From positions 23,870,001-23,934,000 of the forward strand of contig NC_043021.1 in the NCBI RefSeq assembly GCF_006345805.1: a stretch of 64,000 bases of DNA, read 5' to 3'. Source of the stretch: Octopus sinensis (taxonomy: Eukaryota). The position numbers were made by a program, and so were the translations under genes. Shown one piece after another: positions 1 through 15,880 of this stretch (within the stretch, counting starts at the first letter, position 1; every line of letters begins with the position of its first letter). The notes beneath the pieces are model-generated. The model made no database searches, was not told where the DNA came from, and saw only the letters and a list, made by a program, of their open reading frames with translations.

Positions 1-552
1 AACCAAACGCTCACCAACCAACACCAATAACAAAATCAACACAGCCGACAATAGACCCCAATATTTTCCCTCTTCCAGGCTCTGATTCGTCTGATTTGTC
101 ATTAGACGAAGAAGACACGGAAGATTGGCAAATAGCCACAGGGGGGAGAAGAAAAAGGGAAAAAAAAGAAAAGAAAAAATAACAAATAAGCAGGAAGATA
201 CACCACTCCCGACACAAAAACATCCACAGAAACAAACACATCACACAAACACACCATCATCAAACCCCCCAACAATGTTGACAGCCATAAACACAAACAA
301 CCACGACCTAATGGAACACATTAGGTCAAACACCAACATAACTGAAAACGACATAAAAACAAGTAACCACCCACACACACACCACCACAACACATTAAAA
401 TAATACACGTAACACAGAACACATACAGCACCCTGAAATCTCTTTACACTGATGCGTAGGAGATTTCAAAAGTATTCATCGAAAAACTGTACAAAAGCCT
501 CATAGAAGAAGACCCTGAGGTGAAAGACAAAGGACTTTCGAACAACAAGTAA
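1..552 (+). pseudogene. C-terminal part of Tx1 ORF1 (gag-like), disrupted
   Basis: A/C-rich low-complexity coding-like sequence ending IEKLYKSLIEEDPEVKDKGLSNNK-stop (TAA 550-552), about 70 nt upstream of the ORF2 ATG at 620. Position supports ORF1; no diagnostic motif is visible in the window. Confidence 0.55.
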
Positions 553-619
553 CCTTTTCTCTCTCTCTTTCCTTTTTTTGCACTTTCTTTTCGTGTGTAA
601 AACACAATTTTATCGGAAC

Positions 620-3600
620 ATGCTCAGAATAGGCAGTATAAATGTACGTGGTTTGGGGTCGCCTTGGAAACAAGGCTACCTGTTAAATGACATCAAATCA
701 CTAAATCTGAATATCATAGCCATCAGTGAGACCAGACTCCACAGCTTGCGGGCACTCCAGCACATTTTCGGTACACATTTCAACATTTATTTTTCTCCGT
801 GTCTACCGAGAATGGGCGAAGGTGGCACCGCAGTGCTTATCCGGAAGAGTCTGGATCTCAAAGTAAGAGCAAATTTCCTAGACCCGGAGGGTAGGCTGGT
901 CGTTTTGGATGTCGATGGCAGCAATGAGTGTGCTTTTCGACTGATAGCAGTTTATGCTCCGTCTTTAACAGGCCGACCAGATTTCTTTCGACGTCTAGAG
1001 TCTTTCATGGGAACGTCTCGTCCTTTACTTTTAGTGGGGGGTTGGAATGCCACCCTGGACACGCATCTAGACTACGTGGGCAGAGATAGCAATAGAAGGG
1101 GATGCAAATGCCTCAAATACCTGCTCAGACGTTTCCAACTGTCTGACAGGTACCGACTGGACCACCCGAATGTGCCAATGAGGACATGGAGTAACCGCAT
1201 CGGGTCGTCCAGATCATACTTAGATAGAGTATTCTGTAGGACAATAGATAAAAATAGTGTATGTTGTCCACAATTTCATATAGTCAGTTACACAGATCAC
1301 AAGTTTGTGACTTGTACACTTGACTTAGATAAGACACATAGGCAGGGTCCTGGTTACTGGAAATTGAACGCGTCTTTTACAGCACGACAGGTTTACAGGG
1401 ACCGGATCAGCACATTAGTTAAGAGAGCTTTGACGGGTACCATCATCAACAACAGATGGTGGTATGCCCTAAAAAAAGCAATTAAAGCAGAATCAGTCAG
1501 ATACAGTAGAGCCCTAGCATTAGACCGAAATAGAATAGAGGGAGAATTAGTTAAGGTTTTAGAAGAGGCACTTAGAACTGGCATCGCGTCCAACGTGCTG
1601 GCGGCGAGATTGGCCCTCGGCCAACACCTCAACACCAAACACGAGGGATGCGTTGTCAGAGCTAGGATGCGTGCTCTGAGGAACGAAGGAGTTGGAGCCG
1701 CCCAAGAGGCCCGAGTGGTGGAGAAGCAACGAGGCAACAGAGCCACCATCAAGTCTCTTATAGATGAACAGGGGCGCGAATTGCTCGAGCCTAAAAGGAT
1801 GTGTGGGGCTTTTCAACAACACTTCACCCAACTGTTTGGGACAAGAGGTGAGTCAGAACGCAGAGTGGACTTTAGTGCCTACCTGCATGCCTTGCCACGA
1901 CTCTCAGCAAGAGAGGTGGAGTCTTGTGAAAGGCCTATCACATCTGCGGACGTACAGGATGCGATGGTAGGCTGTGCGAGAGACAAGTCACCAGGCTTGG
2001 ATGGTCTGCCCTACGAACTTTATTTTCATATGCCAGACTTGTTTGGAGGCGTCTTGGCAGCTGTCTACTGCAACTGGCAGCAGAACGGGAGTATTCCTGC
2101 TTTTGTAAAGCGAGGAGCAGTGGCACTGATTAAGAAAGACCCAAACAAGGGGGACGTCATAGATAATTTCAGGCCCATCACTCTGCTCAACGCAGATTTG
2201 AACATTTTGGCCAAGGTGTTAGCCAGAGGTTGGCGCTTGTCATCAAGAAACTAATCGACAAGGCGCAACATGCGCCGTGCCTGGTAGAGTATTCATGACA
2301 ACCTCCATCTGATGCGCTACATCATAGACAGGGTAGTTAAAAATCCTGGCATGGGTGGGGCGCTGATCAATTTGGATCAATCAAAAGCCTTCGATAGGGT
2401 TGACCATCACTACTTGGAGGCTGTCCTTAAAGCGGCTGGTTTCGGTCCAGTTTTCCGCGGTTGGATCGCTGCCTTATACAGCGGCATCCGCTCAGTAGTT
2501 CGCGTAAATGGTCATCTATCCAGACCTTTTAACATAATGCGTTCGGTTCGTCAGGGATGCCCCCTCTCTTCGCTGCTGTATGTACTGACTCTTGAGCCAC
2601 TACTGCGGAAACTGGCGACCCTGAGGGGCATCCCACGAGAGCTGGGATGCGGGAGGAGTGTGTCTGCATACGCAGATGACGTCACCGTCATAGTGTCGAG
2701 CTACCAGCACATCGAGCTGGTCGGCGAGACACTAAAAGAATACGAAGCGGTAACGGGAGCAAAAATTAACCGGGAAAAGTCAGTGGGCTTGCGGCTCGGC
2801 ACCTGGAGAAGCAATCCCATGCCGTCCAACAGCGTCTCCATCGTGGGACGCTGGACGGACGGACCGGTTAAATTACTCGGGGTCTGGTTCGGTCCGGACC
2901 TCCAAATGGAGAAGAACTGGGGCAAGATAACGACTAGGGTGGCTACTCTCACCCAGAAATGGACTGAGAGAAAGCTATCCCTAAAAGGTCGGGCGTAGGT
3001 AGCGAACGCGTACATCGCATCCGTCATCGAGTATCGTCTGACCGTCGTGCCTTGTCCCGACCCTACCATCACCAAACTGGAACGTATACTCTTCCGCTTC
3101 TTGTGGAAGGGAAACGTTCCGATGGTTAGGCGATCCATTTGCTGTCAACACCCGCTAAATGGAGGGCTGGGCATGCCGTGGTTGATGATGCGCAGACATG
3201 CGCTGAGACTGCGACATCTCCGGCGCTTCATAGACAACGGTGAACAGGTGTGGTCGCCTTTTGTGCGGCGCGCTTTCCCGCAGCTCGTCTCCTTGGCCGA
3301 ACTACAGTCATGGATCAAGCAGAGACCGAGGCTAGGCGAATGGCACCGCGAGTGTCGCGTTGCTCTCAAGCAACTCTGCCGTCCGGGATCGAACTTGTGC
3401 GACTCCATCACAACAAAGGCATTCTATAGAGGATTAGTGGAGGGGAGGTGCGACGACGAACTCGGGCAGAGTCTGGGCGTCGACGAGGAACACCTGACCC
3501 GCCTGTTCAGGACAACTTTCGGGCCGGGACCTATGAACAATCACCAAAGATCCCTGGCCTGACAGTGCTATCGAGAAGCATTACCTGTTCGGGATAAGCT

Positions 3601-4054
3601 CTACAGACACGGTTCCAGACACACTGGACCGACTTGCCCGAGATGCGGTCAGAGCGACGAAACCGTTCTGCACGCACTCGTGCAATGTCCAACCATTTCA
3701 GACCTGTGGGCTTATGTCGAACGGCTGCTGTCACGTGCGGGACGAATCCGCCTATCGGCCGAGTCTATCGTGAGAATTGCTCCGCCCCCTTCCCTCAACC
3801 GGGAAGGCAAGGCAGTTTTCATCGTACTGGTGGCCATGGTGAAAGAATGTGTGTGGTGGACTCGAGCGAAAGGATTAGAGACAAACACTTACCTCTCTGG
3901 CCAATCTCTCATCAACTTTTTCAAGTACCACTTGAAAAGGAAGGTGAGAATGGAGAGGGAAGTTTTGTCTCGCGAAAGATTCAAAAAAAGATGGGTGAAT
4001 GTTGCAAAGATGGTGCGTGCTAGTAATGAAACCATTTTGAGTATGATCCTGTAG
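620..4054 (+). pseudogene. Tx1 ORF2: AP endonuclease + reverse transcriptase + C-terminal CCHC finger, disrupted
   Basis: APE motifs SINVRG, ISET, LIAVYAP, YLDRVF, TDHK; RT motifs SPGLDG, FRPITLLN, DQSKAFDRV, RQGCPLS, YADD; CPRCGQSDETVLHALVQC. Frameshift near 2250-2290, in-frame stops TAG 2996-2998 and TGA 3560-3562 where copy 2 has GAG and TGG. Confidence 0.95.
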
Positions 4055-4357
4055 ATCGTAAAAAAGAAAGAAAGGGAGCATTTTGATCTCATGTGGTTAT
4101 TTCCTCCCTGACTGAGGTTCCCGTGGTCTTTTCTGTAGGCTTTTCTTCCCACGGATGAACCCAATCTTGTTATATCAATGTTTATATCATTATTTCTGTG
4201 ATACACGATTTCCTTTTTTTTCCTTTTTTTTCCTCCTCTCGATCCCTTTTGATCGCAATCTTACATTTATTTTCTTTTTTTCCACCCTCGAAAAGAAAAG
4301 CTCTGCATTTGTATTTGTCCCCTCTGTATTCAGCCCTGTGTGGCTAATAAAAGAAAG

Positions 4358-4442
<85 letters not shown>

Positions 4443-4451
4443 CTATCTATC

Positions 4452-4499
<48 letters not shown>

Positions 4500-4516
4500 A
4501 TCTATCTATCTATTTG

Positions 4517-4565
<49 letters not shown>

Positions 4566-4680
4566 ATCTATCTACCTATCTATCTGTCTGTCTATGTGTC
4601 TGTCTGTCTGTGGTCTCTCTCCCCCTCTCTCTTTCTTTCTCCCTCTCTCTCTCTTTATCCATCTATCTATCTATCCAACT
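4358..4680. repeat. (CTAT)n microsatellite grading into (CT)n
   Basis: Direct reading; abuts the 3' end of Tx1 copy 1. Confidence 0.97.
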
Positions 4681-4702
4681 GTCGCTCCCCTCTCTTATTC
4701 TA

Positions 4703-5497
4703 AGAGGTTGTATCAAAAAGTTCTCGGACTAGTTCTGTAGCGCGCCAACAAATGACAGCACAAGGCAATGTGTCAAGTGTCATTTCTGGCTTTACTTGGC
4801 AAGTTGTAAAATTTGTGTTTTTGTGGTTACGTGAATGTTGTAGTCTGCGATTTTGTCACGGACATGAACAAAGAGCCAACGTGAAATTTTGTGTTAAATG
4901 TGGAAGCCTGGTACAGAGGCGCAGAGCATGCCTCGGCAAGATTACAGCGCCGAGACAGTAGGTCGTATGCACCGTATCAAGTGGCACGGGCTCCTCAAAA
5001 ACAGAAGAATATTCCTGGAAGACTTGTCACAAGCGTCATCCCCGGAAACGTAGTATTGTGCATTGAGAATTCGTCCCTGAGGGCCGAATCGGCATTCGAG
5101 AGTTCTACTAGCGCGTTTTGAGGCAGTTGAGGGAAGGCATTCAACGAAAGAGACCGGATTTGTGGAGTGCGAAGAATTGGATTCTTCACGACGACAATAC
5201 ACTCTGTCACCGAGCTTGTCTCACTCGTGAGTTTCTTACCAAAAACATGGTATCGCTTCCGCACCCGCTCTATTCTCCACGTTTAGCACCTGCGGACTTC
5301 CATCTCTTCTCCAAAATGAAAAGGCAGCTCAAATATCGTCCTTGTAATACCGTAGGCGTACGGAAAACGACTTTCAGGTCGAATTCCAAAGGTGGCAGGA
5401 GCGCTGTGAATATTTCGAAGGGGCTGATGTTAAACTTGGGTAAAAAAGTTATTTTTCATTAAACATAATTATTCCGGAAACTTTTGATACCACTTCG
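4703..5497 (+). mobile_element. Internally deleted mariner transposon
   Basis: Imperfect TIRs (AGAGGTTGTATCAAAAAGTTCTCGGA and the reverse complement CGAAGTGGTATCAAAAGTTTCCGGA) flanked by TA at 4701-4702 and 5498-5499. Transposase remnant WILHDDN...HPLYSPRLAPADFHLF matches mariner HHDNA and YSPDLAP motifs. Confidence 0.88.
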
Positions 5498-6403
5498 TAT
5501 GTATGTATATTATATTTGCTGATGTGTCCGCATTTATACATTACACTATACTGGAAATCGTCACAAAGATTGCTCCATTAGATATTCAACAAAATATAAG
5601 ATACCTTGAAATTGAGCACAAAGTTTACTTGCATCGGATTTAATAACGCATGGACGCTTTCAACGTTTGTCCTGATAGTTAGTTGACTGTGCTTCTGAGC
5701 AGGTAATATGGTAGTGTCTGTGCGGGATGAGTAATACTAACCCCGTTGGAAGACTCAGTGCTCAGATCAGTGGTGTTCGAATATACTCATTTGTGCAGGA
5801 AACTTATTGTGACGGGCTTACAGAGAAAGGAGGCTGTCGTTGTTTGTATTTATAATAGGAAAGATAGAGTGAAGGTCAGTGGTCAGTGAACTGAAAAAGA
5901 AAGTAACATACGCTTCGTAATGAATATGCCAGATATATCTGTGAGATAGACAAGAATGAGATTAAACTGCATGACATGGATTAAAGTGAGGGAAGGTTAC
6001 TCAGCGTCGTGTGCCTCACTCGCTCGATCGTCCCTTCCTATTTGAGTCCAGTGACAAGACTAAGTCACGACAGTTAGAGATAGGACGGGATACAGTTGAT
6101 GACCCCATTGTCATCACCGGGCCCTGTTCGCACTCCAAAACGCTTGTTGTTCTCCCCACCCATGAGATATATCTGTGAGATAGACAAGGTTGAAATTAAA
6201 CTGTAATTGTCCAAACAGAAAAAAATTACTAGCTATTGCAACAACGACTGTTTAGTGAGGTGACTACATTGTTAACAGAAGGAAGACGGTGAGCTATGCA
6301 TTGGGTCAAATCAATTTAAACAGTCCCTGTTAGCAAATAACAGTGTTTGAGAAACACTATAAGTATTGATACTGTTTGAAGTGCCGCCGAAAACACAATT
6401 CGA

Positions 6404-6475
6404 GTACGAGCCACCTATATTTGCTGCAATTTTTGTAGCTTTATAAAGATGTCCTCGTACGAAACAATTGTACCG
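6404..6475 (+). ncRNA. Partial type-I hammerhead ribozyme (3' half only)
   Basis: Stem II GTACGAG (6404-6410) / CTCGTAC (6454-6460), then GAAA-C-AATT-G-TA. The CUGANGA box is missing (only GA remains). Confidence 0.5.
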
Positions 6476-6558
6476 ATATATTGATCATTCTTGTTGCTTT
6501 TTTCCTTTTTTCCTATATATATATATTTATATAATATGTATATATATATATATTATAT

Positions 6559-6607
<49 letters not shown>

Positions 6608-7423
6608 AACACAATTCGAGACCTGATGTAGAAGCTCCAAATAAAATACAAATAATATATATTAATAGATATATATACACAGACACACTGATGCAAAAAA
6701 GAAAAACACTGATGCACTCACCTGCTTTGGCTTTAATAACACGGTCTGGATTGAGTTCAGTGTGAAAATAAAATCCTTTGATTGCTAATACAAATGACAT
6801 CAAAAGAACCGCGAGAAACCTCCACATGTTTTATACTTCTTTCTGCCTACTTAAATACCAAAGTCTTGTGCTGCTATCAATGTGTTCTGCTCTCTTCAAA
6901 TCCTTTTCTCGAACTGTGTTGCTGATGTCTGCAGTTTTTACTTTTTGTTAAAATCTATTTCTCCCCCTCACTTGCTTTGCCGCTCTGTTTCTCTCTCTCT
7001 CTCCCTTTCTTTATATGTATATATATGTACGTGTGTATATGCATGTATGTATGCACGTGTACATGCATACATGCATACATATATACATATATATATATAT
7101 ACATATATATATATGTATACATACTCAGATATGTATGTATGGCGACGCACCCCCTCACCAGCCAACCCTCTTACCCATCCAATAGTATTCTGCCAAGTTT
7201 ACAAAGAATGATATATTACCTAAAGGAATATTAAAAATATATAACTCGTTTTAATAAAACAATATTCGCAAAGAAGAGAAAGTGAGACAAACCCATACAT
7301 CAACGAATTTCAATTTAAGTGCTTTCTAAACTTGCCTGGTTTCTATAAACTCAAACCTACATGGTGATATCAATTTTTCCCAATCACTTGCAGTCAATAA
7401 TAAAACGCTTAAATAATAACCCG

Positions 7424-7521
<98 letters not shown>

Positions 7522-7558
7522 CCTACCTACCTACCTTCCTACCTACCTACCTACCTAC

Positions 7559-7616
<58 letters not shown>

Positions 7617-7665
7617 CTCTATCTGTCTATCTACCTACCTACCTAACCTACCTACCTACCTACCT
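7424..7665. repeat. (CTAT)n/(CCTA)n microsatellite
   Basis: Direct reading; abuts the truncated 5' end of Tx1 copy 2. Confidence 0.97.
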
Positions 7666-10350
<2,685 letters not shown>

Positions 10351-10374
10351 CTGTCTTCCCGAATGATATACTCT

Positions 10375-10582
10375 CATAGGGCTGGTTTACCGGTTGGTGT
10401 GATGTATATATTCCCCGTCGGACGGGACTCCGATTCATCGTAGGAATTCTCCTTTTTGCAAGCTGAGTGGATTGGAGCAACGTGAAAAAAATGTCTTGCT
10501 CCAGAATACAACGCATCACCCGGTCTAGGAGTCGAAGCCACAACCTTACGATATTAACTTCACACTCTAAGCCATAAACTAC
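10375..10582 (-). mobile_element. tRNA-head SINE family B, diverged
   Basis: Minus strand reads CGTAGTTTATGGCTTAGAGTG...GTGGCTTCGACTCCTAGACCGGG...TTCTGGAGCAAGACA: A/B-box-like head. Related pieces at 24225-24330, 26705-26820, 30345-30410 and 37930-38125. Confidence 0.6.
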
Positions 10583-11139
10583 GTACTGCTAATTGGGTGC
10601 ACAGGATGTCTGGGTAGAGTTGTACGTTTAACGGGTTAACATGTGGTGCTCTTCAGTGTAGTTCGTTCGCTTTGGTCCTCATCTGACACCAACGTGCACC
10701 TGTTGCTCTTCGAAGCTGTCTGCAAAGCCACAGAGGCGATACCCCAGGCAACGGGTTCCACGGACCGGCTAAGTCTAACTGAGGATAGTTGACGTCTCTC
10801 AAACCCACCGTGAGCTAGGTCTTGAGGAAACCGTTGAGGAAACCACCAGATTGGTTCAATGGGAAGGGACAGGGTGGACCAGCAAGCGTTGTAGAGCGCA
10901 AACAGGCCACAGTGGGATACGAAGGACACTAAAGTCTTCCACTGCATCCTGATCTATCCCTTGGCTTAGTTCTGCCACTCGAATCAAAGAGAAAGGGATG
11001 AGAGAGTGAGGCAGATCACGTTAATCCATGCCATGCTCAAGTCAAGACATCATACCTGTAATATCCTTGGTCAACGTCGACATCGATGGACAAATTAATA
11101 TTAATATCTATCTATCCATCCATCCATCCATCCATCCAT

Positions 11140-11176
<37 letters not shown>

Positions 11177-11723
11177 ACGGCATGCTAACGTTTCTGCCCG
11201 CTTGCTGCCATATATATTAATACTAATATTAATAAAGTGTATGGAGACTTGTACATACACAGACTTTATTTTATAGTTATATACTGCATTTTAATAATTA
11301 TCTACACGTATTCCGCTGCAGACACTACTCATTGTTGCAAAGGCAACTTTGAAATATTGTCGGTGCAACTTCATCAGGGTTCGTCCACTTAGTCACCGTC
11401 GAAGGAAACTGACTGATGTAAATTTTTGCTAGTGTTCTTTGGGAGATGAGGTGTTGTTATTCATATGTATGCGCTGCTGAACTCAACTTCACCCCAGTTG
11501 CTGTCCGAAGTAAGGGCTTTCTTCAAAAATAGGTCAATGTCGAGATTGTTACTTTGTTCGTTTGGGGATTACTCGTAGCACACGTGGGTGATTGGGGAAG
11601 AATTCGAGTTCTCACCCGTCTATATAAATTCGGAAATGGTGGCTTTTGGATATAAGATATTTGATGGCGCTTGGTCGAATACGTATTTTAATTATTAGTA
11701 CTCTCAAATTTATAACTCAAATA

Positions 11724-11795
11724 CTATACTGAAGACGGAAATAAGTAAGTAAAAATGATATTTTACATCTCTTTAATCCAGAAACGCGTATATAG
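11724..11795 (+). ncRNA. Type-I hammerhead ribozyme
   Basis: CTATA | CTGAAGA | CGGA...TCCA | GAAA | C-GC-G | TA | TATAG. Perfect 5-bp stem I, intact core boxes, palindromic stem III (ACGCGT), GUA cleavage triplet; first pair of stem II is mismatched (C.A). Confidence 0.8.
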
Positions 11796-11985
11796 TTGAT
11801 CAAAGCCGGGTGGATTCGTTATTTTTTCTCTTTACCTGCGTGAGTTGGGAGTATTGCACGAGTCTGGGAGATATCTTATGGTAGTAGAATAGCATTTAAC
11901 TGCTATTTCTAAATTTCGGTATATGGTGAAGCAATTTTGCTGAATCCTAATTATAATTATGCTTATAATTATAAACGTTTTATAA

Positions 11986-12114
11986 CCACATGGTTCCGGG
12001 TTCAGTCCCACTGCGTGGCACCTTGGGCAAGTGTCTTCTGCTATAGCCTCGGGCCGACCAAAGCCTTGTGAGTGGATTTGGTAGACGGAAGCTGAAAGAA
12101 GCCCGTCGTATATA

Positions 12115-12174
<60 letters not shown>

Positions 12175-12390
12175 ATATGTTTGTGTGTCTGTGTTTGTCC
12201 CCCGAACATCGCTTGACAATCGATGCTGCTGTGTTTACGTCCCCGTCACTTAGCGGTTCGGCAAAAGAGAAAGATAGAATAAGTACTAGGTTTACAAAGA
12301 ATAAGTCCTGGGGTCGATTTGCTCGACTCAAGGCGGTGCTCCAGCATGGCCGCAGTCAAATAACTGAAACAAGTAAAAGAATAAAAGAGT
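11986..12390 (+). mobile_element. SINE family A (tRNA head, CORE-like body, internal (TA)n, GAGTAAAA-type tail), 5'-truncated
   Basis: B-box GGTTCAGTCCC, GTGGCACCTTGGGCAAGTGTC body, tail GGCGGTGCTCCAGCATGGCCGCAGTCAAATAACTGAAACAAG. Confidence 0.9.
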
Positions 12391-12412
12391 ATATATATAT
12401 ATATATTATTTT

Positions 12413-12616
12413 CTTACTTGTTTCAGTCATTTGACTGCGGCCTGCTGGAAGCACCGCCTTTAGACGAGCAAATCGACCCCGGGACTTATTCTTTGTAAGC
12501 CCAGTACTTATTCTATCTTACTCTTTTGTCGAACCGCTAAGTGACGGGGACGTAAACCACATCAGCATCGGTTGTCAAGCAATACTAGAGGGACAAACAC
12601 AGACACACAAAAACAT

Positions 12617-12696
<80 letters not shown>

Positions 12697-12870
12697 ATAT
12701 ATATACGACACAGGCTTCTTTCAGTTTCCGTCTACCAAATCCACTCACAAGGCTTTGGTCGAACCGAGGCTATAGCAGAAGACACTTGCCCAAGATGCCA
12801 CGCAGTGGTACTGAACCCGGAACCATGTGGTTGGTTAGCAAGCTACTTACCACACGGCCATTCCTGCGCC
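12413..12870 (-). mobile_element. SINE family A, near full length, inverted relative to the adjacent copy
   Basis: Reverse complement of the same head, body and tail. Confidence 0.9.
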
Positions 12871-13012
12871 TATATATATAATATATATATATATATTGAA
12901 AATGGCTAACGACTAACAACACGCTTGATTTGAATTAAACTCTTTTGGTCCATACATCTAACTCCCAATAGACTGGTTGAGTGCCTGTCTTTCGTTTTTC
13001 CACTCACTCGTG

Positions 13013-13080
<68 letters not shown>

Positions 13081-13468
13081 CCTGCTCGCTTAGCAGCGGG
13101 GGCGGTGGAGGTTTCTTAAAGGCTAAGGAACAATGCGAAACGCATTGTGACCAGCGATGTATAGCAAAATCTGATAGCCTGGTCGGTCACGGTGATCACG
13201 GTGATATATATATATATGTATATATATGTATATACTATTATATAGGATGAAGTTTTTTACAGAAAAAAAAACATCATCAAAAAATGTGGCAGCATATTAA
13301 AATACCCTTAAGGTTAAAATCATAAACAACTTATAAACAAAGGCTAAAGAAAATTATATGTATATTGATAGAAATTATAAGACAACAAAAGAATGAAAGG
13401 GACCTCGATATTATGTAAACAGAGGAAATTCATCAGTAAATATAATATGACAATTATTCGGTAGCCAT

Positions 13469-13529
13469 GATAAAACTCCGAGTTTCAGATGTCGGGGCGG
13501 AAATCCTCGCCGCCATCTCTTCAGTTATC
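13469..13529 (-). ncRNA. Type-I hammerhead ribozyme
   Basis: Minus strand: GATAA | CTGAAGA | GATG GCGG...CCGC...CATC T | GAAA | CT-CGG-AG | TT | TTATC. Stem I is 5 bp. Confidence 0.75.
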
Positions 13530-13821
13530 GGGCCATCGAAAAAAATGCTATGAAAATGATCGTTAAACAAAACTGTGTGATTGACCGTTATTAAGACAAA
13601 ATAGTTATTAGAATGACCGCTAGGTGAGGTGAGGGAGTAAAGGTAAGGAAGTAAAAATGTTCACAGTATTCGCGTAAGCGCGCATATCTTAACCTACACA
13701 TGCGCGCCCGCACACCCACGTACATGCGCCTATAAGTATATACTCATCCACCCTCACTTGAAACACACACACATGCTCACTCACACATTCGCCCAAAAAT
13801 ATATACATACCCGCATACACG

Positions 13822-13869
<48 letters not shown>

Positions 13870-13956
13870 CACGCACAAAAACGGTTCATACACACGTCTA
13901 TATATGCACATGCACAAGAAAAAAGTGGGCTAAAGGCAAAATAAAGAAAAAATACA

Positions 13957-14017
13957 GATAACTGAAGAGATAGCGGCGTGGGTTTCCGCCCCGACATCCG
14001 AAACTCGGAGTTTTATT
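13957..14017 (+). ncRNA. Type-I hammerhead ribozyme, inverted partner of 13469-13529
   Basis: GATAA | CTGAAGA | GATAGCGG...CCGC...ATCC | GAAA | CTCGGAG | TT | TTATT. Confidence 0.75.
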
Positions 14018-14974
14018 ATGATTACCGATTAATTGTCACATATTATATTTACAGATATATATAACTCGTGATGGTATTTTAATAGTACCATCCCTATATT
14101 TAATTTTATATATATATATATATAATTATTTGATAAAAATTTGTTTGTACTGTGACCGTTGAGTTGGCCTATACTGCAGGCGCACACGGCTTGAAAATGA
14201 TGCATATCTGCAACTTTGGATCATGTTCAGGTCTCACTTTATCACGATTAACATTCTTCGTGTAGATTGTACGTCTGACCTAACATGTGGTTTTAACTTG
14301 ATTGAGTGTTAAACTACATAACTTTCCAAGGTTCTGATGCAGGCCAGGATAATTTTCTGATAAATTCGCTGAGTCTTTTTCGTAAGCCTAATATCACACG
14401 AGCCTCTTGCCGGGATAATCAACGCTCTTTACTTCATTCAGAAATATCTGTTTCAAAATCATTGATATAATCTCTGCTTATTTGGACTAGTATCTAAAAC
14501 GAGATCAGTGAATTGGCCCCGTTCTGCATTAGCAAGTATACAAACACCCGAAGTCACCCCTTGATACTTTTGTAAATCCTGATAACGTTTCCAACGCATC
14601 AACATCTCGATCTTGTAACAACATTGACCCTCCTTGCTGACTTACTTAGAATGTCTCACGAAATGGCCTGACATCATTCTATTGATTGATACCACAGTGG
14701 AAACTCAACCCACCCCCGATTCAAACCCGGATAACGAGTTATGGCAAACAACCTATGATCACAATGGTCAAGGGCATTAGTTTCACCGAGCCGATACGTC
14801 CTCTAACTTGTAGGCGCACTTGCTCAATCTCATGCTTATCCAAACTCATGGCTGAAAGATCATTTCAGCAGTCGAAATCTGCTTTAAGACCCCATATGAA
14901 TCTGTGCAACTGGTTTGAATATCTCTATTTCTTGTTCTATCGGTGTTCGTTTGTTAGCTGAAATAAATTATGAA

Positions 14975-15088
14975 TATACTATAACCTTGTCTATATACTA
15001 TAACCTTGTCTATATACTATAACCTTGTCTATATACTATAACCTTGTCTATATACTATAACCTTGTCTATATACTATAACCTTGTCTA
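14975..15088. repeat. 19-bp minisatellite, 6 perfect copies
   Basis: (TATACTATAACCTTGTCTA)x6. Confidence 0.95.
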
Positions 15089-15354
15089 GTGAAATAGTTA
15101 TTTCTGTCTCATCGAAGCATGCTTCCGATTCGCCTAAGCGACTACATATGCAATCTAACACACACATGCAAACACACACTCACACAAACACAAACACACC
15201 CACATACACACACACGCGCACACATAGTCATACACGCATGTATGTGCATGCTAACTTTTGGTTTTATTTTCCGAATGCCTTACTAATGCAGAGACTGTTT
15301 CTAGAATAGAAAGAAGGCTAACTGGAATTTAGATAACATACAACAGGATTGTCT

Positions 15355-15659
15355 TATACGTACATACATACAAACATACATACATACATACACACATACA
15401 TACATAAATAAATACATACATACACACACATACACACACATACATACGTACATACATACATACATACATACATACATACATACGTGCATACATACATACA
15501 CTCATACACACATACATACATACATACATACATACATACATACATACATACACACATGCATACATACACACATACACACATACATACTTACATACGCACG
15601 TATGTATATACTTATATGTATATATATATATGTACATATATACATATACATATATATAC

Positions 15660-15711
<52 letters not shown>

Positions 15712-15712
15712 G
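15355..15712. repeat. (CATA)n and (TA)n microsatellite
   Basis: Direct reading. Confidence 0.95.
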
Positions 15713-15880
15713 TATGATGTATGTAAATGTAACAATGTATATCTTCTTGATACCATAGTAGCTTCTATGCTGGAGTGAATGCAACATGTTCTTTGTCTAT
15801 CTCCTTAACTTCATGGAGATTTAAGGTATAATTATACTAATGTGTCCATCTGTTCTAATTTAATTGAATTCCATGTCTTT

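Larger units (their letters stand above)
1..4357 (+). mobile_element. Tx1-clade (L1 group) non-LTR retrotransposon, copy 1; 5' end lies outside the window
   Basis: ORF1 tail, pyrimidine-rich spacer, ORF2 with APE-RT-zinc finger, T-rich 3'UTR ending AATAAAAGAAAG at about 4346-4357, directly followed by (CTAT)n. Confidence 0.93.
13410..14065. mobile_element. Fold-back element with hammerhead-bearing inverted arms (probable Penelope pseudo-LTR derivative)
   Basis: Arms about 13410-13530 and 13955-14065 are reverse complements around a spacer containing (CA)n. A truncated relative lies at about 45545-45655. Confidence 0.7.

Noticed and set aside
4155-4732. Long ORFs rich in YLSI/IYLS (also 9865-10443, 28428-29291, 42671-43142 and similar)
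   Set aside because: Translations of stop-free microsatellite frames, not genes.
10590-11000. GC-richer island with weak resemblance to an RLE C-terminus (LPIE)
   Set aside because: Similarity too weak to support by eye.
11330-11385. Minus-strand CTGATGA-A-GTTGC...GCAAC hammerhead-like start
   Set aside because: No GAAA box or stem I partner follows.
14330-14960. Possible host exon or TE coding relic (also 54255-54500 and 57225-57560)
   Set aside because: Stops in plausible frames and no recognisable domain or splice pair.
14975-15088. Possible CRISPR array
   Set aside because: Head-to-tail units with no spacers, in a eukaryotic context.
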